DNA from: an uncultured Acidobacteriota bacterium
GTDB lineage: Bacteria > Acidobacteriota > Vicinamibacteria > Vicinamibacterales > Fen-181
Assembly: GCA_963701315.1 (NCBI GenBank)
Contig: OY969603.1
Coordinates: forward strand, 35,135 to 99,134
Direction: 5' to 3'
DNA length: 64,000 nucleotides
Shown here: piece by piece, positions 21,606 to 32,644 of the stretch
Position numbering within the stretch: position 1 is the first letter of the stretch
Layout of the letters: each line of letters begins with the position of its first letter
Notes under the pieces: model-generated
Seen by the model: only the letters and a program-made list of their open reading frames with translations
The model's database searches: none
What the model was told of the DNA's origin: nothing
Program-made: the position numbers and the translations under genes

Positions 21606-22658
21606 CTAGACCCGGCGCACCGGTTGCCGGCTGTCTTTCAGCAACCCAAGTCGCAGAAGGCTCTCGGCGGTCGCGACGAGGCACTCGTCGACCGGCCGCG
21701 GCTCCCAGGCCAACACGCGTCTCGCCTTCTCGTTCGTGGCGTTCTTCCGCTTGCCGAGTTCGGGCAGGATCTGTTGGACCGACGGGTCGCGCAGCGCGGC
21801 CAGGCGCACCACCCAATCAGGCAGTTGCCGCGAGGGAACTCGCCGCGCTGCGCCGCCCATGCGGTCCTTCAACATCCTGGCGATATCGCGCAGCCACACG
21901 AAGCTGCCGGCGACGGCGAGGAACCGCTCTCCCTTGGCGGCCGGGTGCGTCATGGCGCGCAGGTGCAGGTCAGCGACGTCGCGCACATCGACGACGCCGA
22001 AACACATCCGCGGGCAGCCAGGCATGGCGCCGTCCATCAGGCGCTGCACGAAGAGGATTGATGTCGAGTAGTCGGGGCCAAGGACGGGACCGAACACGCC
22101 GACGGGATTGATGACCGCCAATTCCAGCGGACCGCCTTCGCGGCCGATGAAGTCCCAGGCGGCGCGCTCCGCGAGCGCCTTCGATTTCACGTACGGGCGC
22201 ACGTCGTCGCCGCTGAGGTCCGACCAGTCCGACTCGTCGAACGGCGTGTCGCGGGGCTTGTGGCCGTAACCGATCGCCGCGAAGGAGGAGGTCAGCACCA
22301 CGCGCCGGACGCCGGCCTCTCGCGCGACCCGCAGCACCCGGAGGGCGCCCTCGCGTGCCGGCGCGATCAGGTCTTCTTCGTGGCGGGGGATGGCCGAGGG
22401 GAACGGCGAGGCCACGTGCAACACGTACTCGCAGCCGGCGACCGCTTCCGGCCAACCCGCGTCCCGCTCCAGATCGGCGGCAACAACCGACAGGCTCGCC
22501 CCTGGTTCGGCGCCACCCTCCTTCAGCATCGCGCGGACGTCGGCCTCACGCGGCAGGGTTCGCACCGTCGTGCGCACCCGATGCCCCGCCGCGAGCAGTT
22601 GCAGGATGCAGTGGCTGCCAATGAAGCCCGATCCGCCGGTCACGAGAACGGTACTCAT
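21606..22658 (-). CDS. NAD-dependent epimerase/dehydratase (aldehyde reductase / DFR-like SDR)
   Basis: VLVTGGSGFIG, VLHVASP, TSSFAA, YVKSKALAE. Confidence 0.92.
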   Translation of the reverse strand: MSTVLVTGGSGFIGSHCILQLLAAGHRVRTTVRTLPREADVRAMLKEGGAEPGASLSVVAADLERDAGWPEAVAGCEYVLHVASPFPSAIPRHEEDLIAPAREGALRVLRVAREAGVRRVVLTSSFAAIGYGHKPRDTPFDESDWSDLSGDDVRPYVKSKALAERAAWDFIGREGGPLELAVINPVGVFGPVLGPDYSTSILFVQRLMDGAMPGCPRMCFGVVDVRDVADLHLRAMTHPAAKGERFLAVAGSFVWLRDIARMLKDRMGGAARRVPSRQLPDWVVRLAALRDPSVQQILPELGKRKNATNEKARRVLAWEPRPVDECLVATAESLLRLGLLKDSRQPVRRV

Positions 22659-22937
22659 GCGGACCCCTCGCTGATCTCGATTGTCCGCCAAGTGGTGACC
22701 GGCTTCAACCGTATCGGCCCGCGCGGCCATCCCCGACCGGACCCTGAGGAACCCTGCCGGAGGGCGGGGAGGGTGCCGGCCCGCACGGCGCAGAATGGTC
22801 CGGAACGGGCGGGCGTCCACATCGAAGGTCGCACGAGTCGTCGCGGCAGGACGCAGCCGAGGGGGAGGGGCACGGTCCCTCCAGCATCACCCCTGCCGTC
22901 GCCCGGCGGATCAGTGGCGTCCAGCCCGACGACGCGG

Positions 22938-23741
22938 CTATTTCTTCTCGTCTCCCTCCAATGGCCCGGCCTGCTGTTCTCCGAGCACTGCCTCGATCAG
23001 TGCCCTGAAGTTTGCGAAGGGCTGGGCGCCGGTCAGGAAGCGAACCGGCTTGAGCCGGCCGGTTGCAGGATCGGAGACGGCCAGAAAGAAGCTGGGGGTT
23101 CCAGAGACCCCCGCCGCTTCGGCCAGGGCCATGTCCCTCCGAATGTCAGCGCCGAACCTGTCGGAACCGAGGCACGCCTCGAATCGCTTGGCGTCGAGCC
23201 CGAGCGCCGCCGCATGCGAATCCGTTTGGGCAACGGTTTGCGGGTTGGCGAACAAGCGGTCCCGCATCTCCCAATACTTTCCCTGGTCTCCTGCACAGCG
23301 GACCATCTCAGCGGCCCGGAAGGCGGCGCTGTGGAGGGACTCGAGCGGGAGGTCGATCACGGCGTACTTCAGCTTGCCCGTCTGGATGTAGGTCTTCTCG
23401 ATCTGCGGGTACGTCTCACGGACGTAGCGAATGCAGTATGGTCACTGATAATCGGTCAGCTCCACCAGCGTGACCTTTGCACCAGCCCCGCCTTTGACCG
23501 GTCGGTTGCCGAGATCGAGGGTCACGCTGGGAGGCGGTGCCTGTCGCCCGCGTAGCGGCGCCAGCAGAGTCTTGATCTCGTCAAGGTCCTTCTGCATGAC
23601 GTCGACCTGCGTGCGGAGGGCGTCGAGTTGCTTCTGCCAGTCGGGGACCGGGACCGTCGGCGGCTGGGCGGCGGCGGGGTGAGCCAGCCAAACGCCAACC
23701 AGAACGAGTCCAAGTGCCACGCTGAGCGGGCGAAATCTCAT
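22938..23741 (-). CDS. DsbA/thioredoxin-fold exported protein with U-P-Y-C active site (probable selenoprotein)
   Basis: ORFs 23442..23774 and 22938..23360 are in one frame, separated only by TGA in ELTDYQ-TGA-PYC; downstream DQGKYWEM, GVSGTPSF, GAQPF. Confidence 0.88.
23403..23436 (-). promoter_or_regulatory. Bacterial SECIS-like hairpin
   Basis: mRNA after UGA: CUGC..UACGUC-[CGUGA]-GACGUA..GCAG; the GU-containing apical loop starts 21 nt after the UGA. Confidence 0.7.
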
Positions 23742-23979
23742 GCCACCGTCCTTTTCTGGAAACGCATGACACAATAGAGCGTCGGCGGCGCTCCGTCAAG
23801 CGGACGGATGCAACGCCACGCGGAGGTCGGCCGGGCTTGGCCTTCCGCGGCCGCGCCCGATCGCACGAGCACCCGTCGGCCGACATCGTTCGAGTGGCGC
23901 TTCACCTCTCACTCTGGCCCCCGACGGACTGCCCGATCGCTGCACGCGGGTCGGCACCTTCGAGCGTCACATGCGCCTG

Positions 23980-24849
23980 ATGGCCGGACCGTCGACGACA
24001 CGCCTCGCTGCGCTGATTGTGGCATCCTGTCTGGCCGTTCCAACGGTGACCCTGGCGCAGACCGAGGTGCGACCTGGGGATGACCCGCCCGGACAAGGCA
24101 GTCTGCCGGACGCGTCGTTCGAGGGCGCGTTTCGCAAGTACACCCCGCCGCAGACCGTCTACTCGCCCTACTACTCCTGGGACGCCAGCATGGGCCTGAC
24201 CATCACGGTGTTCCGGGCGGGGCCGCGTGCGTTTGAGTTTTCGGGCGTCTTCCAGACCGTCGGGACGGAGAACCTGGGCTCCCGGGTGGGCGTGGGCGGC
24301 ACGGGCTACCTGCTGAAGTTCGGATACGTTCGCGCCTACTCCGACGACGTGGCCCTCTCGGTGGGGATCGCGCATTTCAGCTCCCACCTGACGCGCGATC
24401 TCGACTCGAAGACCGACGAACAACGACGGGCGGGCATCCCGATCCCAACCGTCGTCGATCCGTCGGAATACAACGTCCTCTTCGTCAAGGGACGTTTCAC
24501 GCTGTCGCGCTGGCCGTTTACGCCGGAGCTCGAAGCCATCGCCCAACCGATCAACTTCCGTTTTAGCCTCCGGCGCGGGCCGTACGTTCGGCCAGTCTAC
24601 GTCGGCACGCGGTGGCTGCTGCGGCGTGGCCGCCGTGCACTGGTCTTGGCTGAGACGCAACACGAGATCGGCACGAATGCCCTCAATGCCTTCTCCTTGT
24701 TGCTCTCACTGCGCGGAGCGAGTCAGCCGGAGGGCCGCGCGCAGATCTTCGTCACCGCCTCCCCCGGCCACAATCTCCACGTCAGCCCCAATATCGGCGC
24801 CTTGCGGGACGGCATCGCCGTGGGCATCCGGCTGCGGTTCCGCGGATAG
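23980..24849 (+). CDS. Hypothetical exported protein, possible outer-membrane beta-barrel
   Basis: Signal peptide, alternating amphipathic strands, HFSSHL motif, C-terminal GIRLRF. Confidence 0.6.
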   Translation: MAGPSTTRLAALIVASCLAVPTVTLAQTEVRPGDDPPGQGSLPDASFEGAFRKYTPPQTVYSPYYSWDASMGLTITVFRAGPRAFEFSGVFQTVGTENLGSRVGVGGTGYLLKFGYVRAYSDDVALSVGIAHFSSHLTRDLDSKTDEQRRAGIPIPTVVDPSEYNVLFVKGRFTLSRWPFTPELEAIAQPINFRFSLRRGPYVRPVYVGTRWLLRRGRRALVLAETQHEIGTNALNAFSLLLSLRGASQPEGRAQIFVTASPGHNLHVSPNIGALRDGIAVGIRLRFRG

Positions 24850-25133
24850 CTTGCGCCACCCAGGGCGACTCGATGTCATCGGCGCCCGCCCCGTCCGTGC
24901 ACGGCCTGACCAGGAGGGTTCACCGGGGAATCGGGTACGCCGCGATGCACCCGTCGAGGACGGCGGCGAAGAGCCGGCCAACGTCGGCGGCGAGCGAGCC
25001 GGCGATCCCGGACACATAGGTGCGCGCTTCCAGGGTGAACGGGTCCCCGGAGGCCGACGCCACGGGTCGATGACGCTTGAAGCGGGCGGCAGAGGGCGCC
25101 ATCATGAGGTGCAACCTGCGAGGTAGGGTGACG

Positions 25134-25685
25134 ATGACGATGGACACTGCAGAGGAGTCCCTGCGGGACGCGTGGCGTATCAACAACCGCGTGTCGACAT
25201 TCCTGGTCGAGGGCATCCCCTCGGCGCTCTGGGGCGCATTGCTGCCGGGCCGGTCCCGGAAGACGGTTGGGAGCATCGCGGCCCACCTGCACAACTGCCG
25301 CGTCCTCTGGATGCGCAGCCTTGCGTCCTCCACCGGCATTGCCATCCCCGCGCAGGTCGGCGCCACCTCTGCGAAGGCCGAGGTCGTCCGCGCCCTCGAG
25401 CGGAGTGGCGCACAGATTGGGCTCATGCTCGAGGCCGGGATCCGGAACGGCGGGCAGTTTCCGGGGGTTGCGAGCGCCTTCTTCTATGGCGCCATGCCGC
25501 GCGATGTCATCCTCTTCGTGGGCTACGCGCTCTCCCATGAGGGGCACCACCGGGGTCAGATCCTGATCGCGGCCCGGGCCCTCGGTCAACGGCTGCCGAG
25601 AGAGGTGGTCGACGGGCTCTGGCAGTGGTCGACGCGCCTGAAGGAAGCTCGGGGCACGACCAAGGCAGGCGCGCCAAAGGGCTGA
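25134..25685 (+). CDS. DinB family protein
   Basis: IAAHLHNCR and HEGHHRGQI metal-binding His motifs. Confidence 0.85.
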   Translation: MTMDTAEESLRDAWRINNRVSTFLVEGIPSALWGALLPGRSRKTVGSIAAHLHNCRVLWMRSLASSTGIAIPAQVGATSAKAEVVRALERSGAQIGLMLEAGIRNGGQFPGVASAFFYGAMPRDVILFVGYALSHEGHHRGQILIAARALGQRLPREVVDGLWQWSTRLKEARGTTKAGAPKG

Positions 25686-26149
25686 CGCTTCCCCGATCCC
25701 GTGTCGCTGTCGGATGCCGGCCCGCTCTCACGGTCTGCGGATCGCGGAGGGCAGATCGCCCAGGGAATGTTCCCGTTCCTGAGAGCTGCGGGCGACGAAA
25801 CCCATCGAGGAAGGTCGACGGAAAGGCCTTGACGGCCGCGGCGTCGTGCATGCCCAGCGTTCCTGCAAGGGCCGCCGGTCGGGCGCGCAGCGCCTCGACG
25901 GTCTGCCGCTCGCTCAGGCCGCGGGCCCGCGATCCGGATTCTCGCGGCCACCGCACTAGAGGGTCATCGACTCGGAGAAGGTGACTGAGGGGACGGTCTT
26001 CCGCAGCGCGAGCGTTTGGTCGAGGACGTTCCGGTCGGCCTTGGTCAGGGGGGTCTGCGCGCGATCTCGGCTGCCGGGCGCCCTTCTCGCGGGCTTGCGC
26101 CCTCCGCTCCTCGATCGACGCCAGGTACCGGCACCTGGCTCCGCGCGGC

Positions 26150-27091
26150 TCAGCGATCCTTTGCGGCAGTAGGGTTCTCGACCGGCAGGCCTCGAAGGAC
26201 CCAGTCCTCGAATGATCCATCGTAGAGGAGCACCGAGTGCCCAAGGGTGCGCGCCGCGAACAGCATGGCTGTGGCCTGCTGCCCGATGTGACAGTAACCG
26301 ATCACTGTGTCGCCCGGCTTGACGCCTGCCCGGTCGAAGGCCGCCTCAATCTCCGCCGGACTCTTGAGCCGCGTCCCGGCGCCCACGAATTCGCTGAACG
26401 GAGCGCTGAGGGCGCCGGGGATGTGCCCTGCCACCTTCGGCCCGCTCCGCGGGCCTCCCGCCTGCGTTCCGTCGTAGAAGGAGGCTGCCCGCGCATCGAC
26501 GAGCGCGAACCCCGGCGTGCCTTGGTGTGCCCGGACGAAGTCGGCATCGACGACGATTGGCCGGAGGGTGAGCGGGCGGAGAGTGGCGGGCACGACGGCT
26601 GGCGTCTCCGTCGAGGTGGGTAGGCCGGCGGCCTGCCAAGCGGCCACCCCCCCGTCCAACCACGCGACGCGTAAGAACCCGGCGTAGTCGAGAGTGAAGA
26701 CCGCTCGCGTCGAGGCGGACCACCAGTCGTCAGATTCCACCACGACGACGCGCGAGGTGTCGGACAGACCGAGCGCGGCCAAGCGATCGTGGAGGAGGGC
26801 CGGGGGTAACATCTCGAGCGAAAGACCCCGGCCTCCCGCGTCGGTGCCGGCGAGGTCCGAGGCGACGTCGACGAACCGCGCGCCTGGGAGGTGGCCGGCA
26901 TCGTACGTCTTTCGCTCGCCGACTTGCAGGACGACGAGATCCGGGTCACGCAGGTGCTGGGCGAGCCACGCGGGCGTGACCACGCGATCGTCACGGCCGT
27001 GCGCGATGGACTGCGCGGCACCAGTCGCCGCGAGCGCCGCGCACAGCAGCACCGCGAGTGATGTTCTCGTGTGCGTTCTCCGCGGTTCCAC
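26150..27091 (-). CDS. Sulfurtransferase (tandem rhodanese) with signal peptide
   Basis: YDAGHLPGA, WLDGG, GHIPGA, active site YCHIGQQA, LYDGSFEDW. Confidence 0.92.
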   Translation of the reverse strand: MEPRRTHTRTSLAVLLCAALAATGAAQSIAHGRDDRVVTPAWLAQHLRDPDLVVLQVGERKTYDAGHLPGARFVDVASDLAGTDAGGRGLSLEMLPPALLHDRLAALGLSDTSRVVVVESDDWWSASTRAVFTLDYAGFLRVAWLDGGVAAWQAAGLPTSTETPAVVPATLRPLTLRPIVVDADFVRAHQGTPGFALVDARAASFYDGTQAGGPRSGPKVAGHIPGALSAPFSEFVGAGTRLKSPAEIEAAFDRAGVKPGDTVIGYCHIGQQATAMLFAARTLGHSVLLYDGSFEDWVLRGLPVENPTAAKDR

Positions 27092-27306
27092 GGACCACCC
27101 CCCTTCGATCGGCCCTGTTCTTCACTTATAGCACCGGCCGCCCGCCCTCACCAGGCTGTCGGCGCCGGGAGTCGACCAGCCCGTCCGTGGCCGGCGGCGG
27201 CGCCGCCTCCAGCTGAGGAGGTGGTTGGCTTCGGGCATCGGCCAGGCGATACACTCGAAGCAGGTTCGCGGCGGTGAAGCCGCCAGTTTGGCCGCGAGGG
27301 TCGCGA

Positions 27307-27743
27307 GTGAAGCGAGACATTCGCCTGCACGGTCTGTCATCCGACCATCATCATGCGCTGACCTTGGCGCAGCAGATCACCGAGGCTGCGCGTCACGGCG
27401 ATGTGACCCGGTTGCTGGTGACCGAGGCGCGCCGTCGGTTTGACGAGGAACTGTCGCCGCACTTCGCGGTGGAGGAAGAGGAACTGCTGCCGGCACTCGC
27501 ACGGGCGGGGCGCGGGGATTCTGGTCGACCGAACGCGCGCGGAGCACGGAGCCTTGCGCACCTACCTGGCTGCCGCCGAGGACGGCGACACGCGTCAGTT
27601 GGCGGAGTTTGGCACCCTTCTGCGAGCCCACGTCCGTTTCGAAGAACGGGAGTTGTTCCCCGCCTGCGAAGCCCTCGTCGATGGCGACGTCCTCACCCGC
27701 GTCGCACAACGCGCTCCCAAGGGGAAAGGCCCGTCGGTACTGA
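27307..27743 (+). CDS. Hemerythrin-like (HHE) protein (extra bases at 27519-27520 and probably 27736-27737)
   Basis: LSSDHHHAL, PHFAVEEEELLP, AEH, AHVRFEERELFP across two frames. Removing two bases gives 144 aa ending PSY*. Confidence 0.75.
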
Positions 27744-27813
27744 GCGGTCCGGCGGCGTTCCGCGAGTCGGGCGTGAAGCGCACGACACCGAAGGCGTCGG
27801 CCCCACTTGGCCG

Positions 27814-28419
27814 TCATTCGGCGGGTGGGTGCTCGGGCTTCGTCGCGCGTACTTCGAACCGCGACTCGAGGTGATCCACCGAGGCGGCGAATCGCTCGAA
27901 GGCGTGTTCTCCAACCTCGCGTCGCTCCAGCTCGTCGAAGTCGCGAGCCAGCCGCTCACGGTCCTCGCTGGCCTGAAATGCCGTGGCAGTGACCCTGGCC
28001 AGGCAGTCGTCCTCCTTTGCGATGTGCGACCGAATCAGGCTGATGTACGACCAGGCCTGCTGGACGAACGTTTTTCGCGCGTCGGTATCGTCGTCGCACG
28101 CCCGCTCGGCGTCTGCCGCCATACTCCGGACGCGTGTGCGTCCCAATTCGTGCTCGCTGACCAATCCACAGCCAGGGAAGAACGTCTTTTCTTCGATGGC
28201 CGGAAAGAGGACGCGTTCCTCCTTCAGGTGGTGCGAGAGGTCGGCGAACTCGTGCAGGAACCGGAGAAGCTCGCGGGCTACTGCCTGGTCCAGTCTCCTC
28301 GTGAGCCGGATCTCCTCGCAGAAGCGTTCGAGCACGACGAGCGCTCGCTCGATCAGACGGTGTTCCCGGGCCAAGGCGGCGTACGGTGACTGGTCGGTCA
28401 GGCTGGGTCCGGATTCCAT
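27814..28419 (-). CDS. Hemerythrin domain protein
   Basis: REHRLI, HHLKEERVLFP, SEHELGR, SHIAKEDD; GGAGGA RBS. Confidence 0.85.
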   Translation of the reverse strand: MESGPSLTDQSPYAALAREHRLIERALVVLERFCEEIRLTRRLDQAVARELLRFLHEFADLSHHLKEERVLFPAIEEKTFFPGCGLVSEHELGRTRVRSMAADAERACDDDTDARKTFVQQAWSYISLIRSHIAKEDDCLARVTATAFQASEDRERLARDFDELERREVGEHAFERFAASVDHLESRFEVRATKPEHPPAE

Positions 28420-28853
28420 GCTGGTCCTCCGACCAACTGGCGGCGCTCAGGGCGGTCGGTTCCATGGTAGCATCGCCCACCTTCGTCCACGGGCGCCAGC
28501 GTCGGCATCCGGCTGAGGCGGCCTGCGCCGGGGCCATCGCGTGGTGACACGGCGTGGTCGCACCAGCTTCGTGGACACCATCCGGACGGGACTCTGGCCT
28601 CTGGACCCCCGTTGCACCGCCAAGACGGCGGCAGCCCCACGGCTCGGCGCGGCTAGGCACGGTTCATCGTCTGAAGCAGCACGCCAAGGCGGGGGTGGTT
28701 CCGGATCGGGTCGGGGAACGGGAAGGTCCTGATGGACGTGATGCCTGGGTCGCGCCCGTCGATGGCCCGGGCGGACGCCCGGCCGTTCAGTGAGTCGACG
28801 ACGTCCGACGTAATGGCCATTCCCGTCACCGGACACCACCGGGTGCCCCGCAT

Positions 28854-30109
28854 TCACCGCGGAGCGACATCGGGGTCTGCCAGGTGTTCTGACTTCCACC
28901 GCATCGCCATCAGTATGCGGTGGTATCCGCTTGGGTGGTCGTAGAAGAGACACTCCTCCAATGGACCAGGCGCGAGCTTCCGGTAATCCGCCAACTTCAG
29001 CGCCACCTGCGCGAAGCCGTCCGGCTGGCGAGCCGCGTTGAGGCCGAAGATGTCCGCCTCGGTCTCGGTCGTGCGCGTGATCGTGTTGCTGGCGGGCGTG
29101 GCCAGCAGGAAGAACAGGCTCAGTACGACGATCAACAGTGGTAGCCCTGCCACGTCGTCCGGACCGCGGACACCCCACCGCCGCCCCCATCGGGCACAGG
29201 CCTTCCCGTAAGCCCAGGTGGTGACGGCCAGTCCCACGGCCACCAGCAGGCTGATGTAGATGGTCAACTTGTACACGTGGTTGAGCACGTAGTGACCGAG
29301 TTCGTGACCCATGACCGCCTGGATCTCGGCCGGTGTGCAGCGGTGCAGGAGGTTGTCATTCAGCGACACGCGGATGGTGTTGAACGCGCCGCTGACATTG
29401 GCGCTCACCCGCGTGCTCTGCCTCGAAGCGTCGAACTGGTAGACGTTGTCGACCGGCACGCCATTTGCGCGCGCCATCGACAGAATGGGCTCCCGGATCC
29501 GAGCGTCGCTCAGGGGTTTGTAGGTATTGAACAGCGGCGCGACGAACACAGGCCAGATGACCATGAGCAGGCAGAGCAGCACCGGCGTGGCCGCCGCGGC
29601 CGCCACCCACCAGCGACGGGGGAAGCGACGGATCGCCGCGTACAGAAGTGCGGTCACGGGGCTGAGGACCACGAGGGTCACCACCAGCGACTTCACGTCG
29701 TCGAGGAACCACGCCCCGGCTGTCTGGGTGGACAAGCCGGTACTGGTGCTCGCGGATGAACTCCACGTAGAAGCTCCACGGCAGTCCGACGACCCACAGA
29801 AGCACCAGCATCGGGACGGCGAAGCACACGGCCTGAAGGAATCGCCGTCGGAAGATGCGCTCGGCTAGGTTTCGAAGGAGTGCGACAACGCCCAGTCGGT
29901 AGAGCAGCCAGGTCAAGAAGGCGGTGATGAGCGGCTCCCACAACAGAAGCCAATACCCGCCTTCGAAGTACGCATCCGACCGCTGATGCTGTGCCGCCGG
30001 CACCGAGGCCAAGACTCTCTGGGTTTCGGCCAGCGGATTCGAACCCCTGGGCCGAGAGCCCCACCGCCGCACCACCGACGGACAGGGCTACGAACAGATG
30101 TTCCAACAT
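28854..30109 (-). CDS. M48 (Ste24-like) zinc metallopeptidase (extra bases at 29739-29740 and 30038-30039)
   Basis: HELGHY, EADIFG, YDHPS. Three frames join into 417 aa (AQGFDPLAE; REHQYGLSTQT) after removing two bases. Confidence 0.88.
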
Positions 30110-30282
30110 CACGCCCTCCCGACCAGTCGGCCTCACCCCGCCAGACGCCGCGAGCGTCTCGTCCCCAAAAGGTCTAATTCTGACGGTGCGGCGGAACCGG
30201 CTAGGGTCGAGCCGCCGCGCCATCATCGCGCGACATTCTACCTCCTGTGTGCTTCAATGGTGGGCCACCGAGAGGACGGCCG

Positions 30283-30729
30283 ATGTCGACCCACGAGCAG
30301 AGAGCACTGGTCAGCGAGTACATCGCCTGGGTGTGGAACCAAGGCGACCCGACCGCGCTTGAAGAGCTGACCGCTCCATCGTTCTCGTACCGCCTTGGCG
30401 ACCAACCGCCCCGCGACCGGAAGGCGATGCGCGAATTCCTCGAGAGCACGAGAACTGCATTCCCTGACTGGCGCGTCGACATCGCGGATCTGGTCCTCGG
30501 CGAGGAACTCGTCGCTGTCCGCTGGGTCGGAACGGTCACGCATCAAGGGCCCTTCTACGGCATCCCACCAACGGGCCGTCGAATCCGCGTGAGCGGCATC
30601 AACCTGTATCGGATCGCGGACGGCAGGGTCTACGAGGAGTGGGAGCAAACGGATTCACTGAGCATGTTGCGACAACTGGGTGTCCTCCCGCCAGAACCAC
30701 CGGCTCTCGCGCCTGACGCGGGCCGGTGA
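30283..30729 (+). CDS. SnoaL-like ester cyclase
   Basis: RTAFPD, GTVTHQGPFYGIPPTGRRI, IADGRVYEEW. Confidence 0.88.
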   Translation: MSTHEQRALVSEYIAWVWNQGDPTALEELTAPSFSYRLGDQPPRDRKAMREFLESTRTAFPDWRVDIADLVLGEELVAVRWVGTVTHQGPFYGIPPTGRRIRVSGINLYRIADGRVYEEWEQTDSLSMLRQLGVLPPEPPALAPDAGR

Positions 30730-30910
30730 GGGCTCGCGCAGCAGTACGCGCCCGCCCGTCGCGAGCCGAGACGGGCGGGCGCGGCGTCCTCTTCCCAGCC
30801 CTCACCGTGGGAACGCAACGCCCGCTGGCTCTCGAGCGGCCAGCAGCAGCCGCGGCGGTCAACGTGCTGCGTCTCGTCACGCGGTCCGACGGCTCGACCG
30901 GCGCTGGAGG

Positions 30911-32644
30911 CTATTTCGGCCCAGCGGTCCGGCCGGCCGGGCGTCGCGGGAAGACGACACCGCCCACCCGGACCTGGGTGGCGACACCATTTGCGCCCCG
31001 AGTGAAGACGATCGTCTCGTTCTCGTAGAGCCCGTGGGCCGGATACCGGAACACATCGGTCGAGACCTGTTCGAGCGACTCACGGTCGAACCACTCGATG
31101 AGACACATCAACCGACCGTCACGCGCGTTGATGAACAGGATGTCGTGGTCCCACCCGTAGTCGCCGATCAGGCCCTTCCACGAGTCCGGGATCACGGCGG
31201 CTGTCTGCCCTGTGGTGCCGCGCTTCAGCACCACGCCGCCGACCGTGATGCGATCGTCTCCGGGGACGATCCTGGCGCCGTATCCAATCCGGTCGTCGAC
31301 CACCATGGTGTCGTTCAGCTGTCGCAGCCGCAGCTGATAGCCTCCCCTGACGCCTCGCAGGTACAGTTCGCCGTGCTCTTCGACGAGGTCAATCGCGTCG
31401 TCGCCGTCGCCGTATCGCCCCGCTCGCCGGTGCATCACCGCTGCGGGAATTGGTGAAGTCGTTTCGATGGCCCGCGGCACCTGCTTCGTCTTGGCAGCGT
31501 GCATCTGACGGAGCGCCTCGTTGGCGATTCGCGCGGCGACGGCGTTGGCCGAGTCCATGGTCGTCACCACGACGGCACCGATTCCGTCCTCGGGCATGGC
31601 ATCGACCTCGGTTGCGAACCCGTAGATGGCGCCGGCGTGGCCCACGACCCGGTGGCCGTTGATCGTGCTCAGCACGAATCCGATCCCGAATGGCGACCCG
31701 GGGCCGAACTGCGGGGTCCACATCTTCTCCAGGGTCTCGGGCTTCACCACCCGCTGCCCGTCCGGGGCCTGTCCGTGGTTCAGCAGGACCATGATGAAAC
31801 GAGCCAGATCGATGGGCGTAGAGTACATGCAACCAGCGGGCGCCATGCCTAGCTCAAACGTCGGTGCGACGAACGGCGGCCGCTCGTAGCTCCACATGTA
31901 GGCCTTCGCCAGCTGCTGCCGGATGGCGGGCTCGGGTTCAAACGAGCTGCTACGGAGCCCGAGCGGTCGGAGCACCGCGTCCTTCAGATACCTGGCGAAC
32001 GGCTGCTTGTTCATGTACTCGAGCGTGTAGCCGACCACGCCAACGGCGGCGTTCGAGTACTTGGTGTGGGTTTCGGGCTCGTACACGAGCGGGTACCCGT
32101 TGATGCTACGCACCGTATCGGCCAGTGTCGGTCCGGTTGGATCGAAGTAGTGGCCGACCGGAGGCTCGCGCATCAGGCCGGACCGGTGCGACATCAGTTG
32201 TCGCAGGGTAATCGGCTTGCCGAACTGATTCGCCGGCTTGAACTCCGGGAGGTAGCGCTCGACGGGCGCGTCGAGGTCGATCCGTCCCGCCTCGACCATC
32301 TGCATGATGCCGATGTCCGTGAATAGCTTTGACACCGATCCGATCCGATAGACGGTCGTCGCCGTCGCTGGGATCTTCCGATCGGGATCCGCGAAGCCGA
32401 ACCCGCGCGCCCACACGATCTCACTGCCGTCGACCAGGGCGACCGAGAGAGCCGGCAACTGTTTGTCGCGGACTTCGTGCTCGATGAAGGGCTCGAGCGC
32501 GGCGACGGTCGCCGCGTAGTCCTTGCGCGGCGGGACCGTGGGAGGATCCGTTGTGACCGCCCACAGGCTCGATATCAGCATGGCGCCCGCAACGACGGTC
32601 GTTGACGCCCTCTTCCTCAGGAATCCGGAATCCCCGCCGACCAT
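30911..32644 (-). CDS. Serine hydrolase, beta-lactamase/AmpC-like family
   Basis: IGSVSK (SxxK), LMSHRSGL, YSN, GHAG; start approximate. Confidence 0.88.
   Translation of the reverse strand: MVGGDSGFLRKRASTTVVAGAMLISSLWAVTTDPPTVPPRKDYAATVAALEPFIEHEVRDKQLPALSVALVDGSEIVWARGFGFADPDRKIPATATTVYRIGSVSKLFTDIGIMQMVEAGRIDLDAPVERYLPEFKPANQFGKPITLRQLMSHRSGLMREPPVGHYFDPTGPTLADTVRSINGYPLVYEPETHTKYSNAAVGVVGYTLEYMNKQPFARYLKDAVLRPLGLRSSSFEPEPAIRQQLAKAYMWSYERPPFVAPTFELGMAPAGCMYSTPIDLARFIMVLLNHGQAPDGQRVVKPETLEKMWTPQFGPGSPFGIGFVLSTINGHRVVGHAGAIYGFATEVDAMPEDGIGAVVVTTMDSANAVAARIANEALRQMHAAKTKQVPRAIETTSPIPAAVMHRRAGRYGDGDDAIDLVEEHGELYLRGVRGGYQLRLRQLNDTMVVDDRIGYGARIVPGDDRITVGGVVLKRGTTGQTAAVIPDSWKGLIGDYGWDHDILFINARDGRLMCLIEWFDRESLEQVSTDVFRYPAHGLYENETIVFTRGANGVATQVRVGGVVFPRRPAGRTAGPK

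Noticed and set aside
22649-22658. GGTACT at the epimerase start (also sites at about 253 and 490) as further insertion errors
   Set aside because: The reading frames are intact and motif-consistent as written.
28653-28853. Short ORF resembling the tail of TPR/kinase proteins (DPIRNHPR)
   Set aside because: Too short and degenerate to call; at most a remnant.
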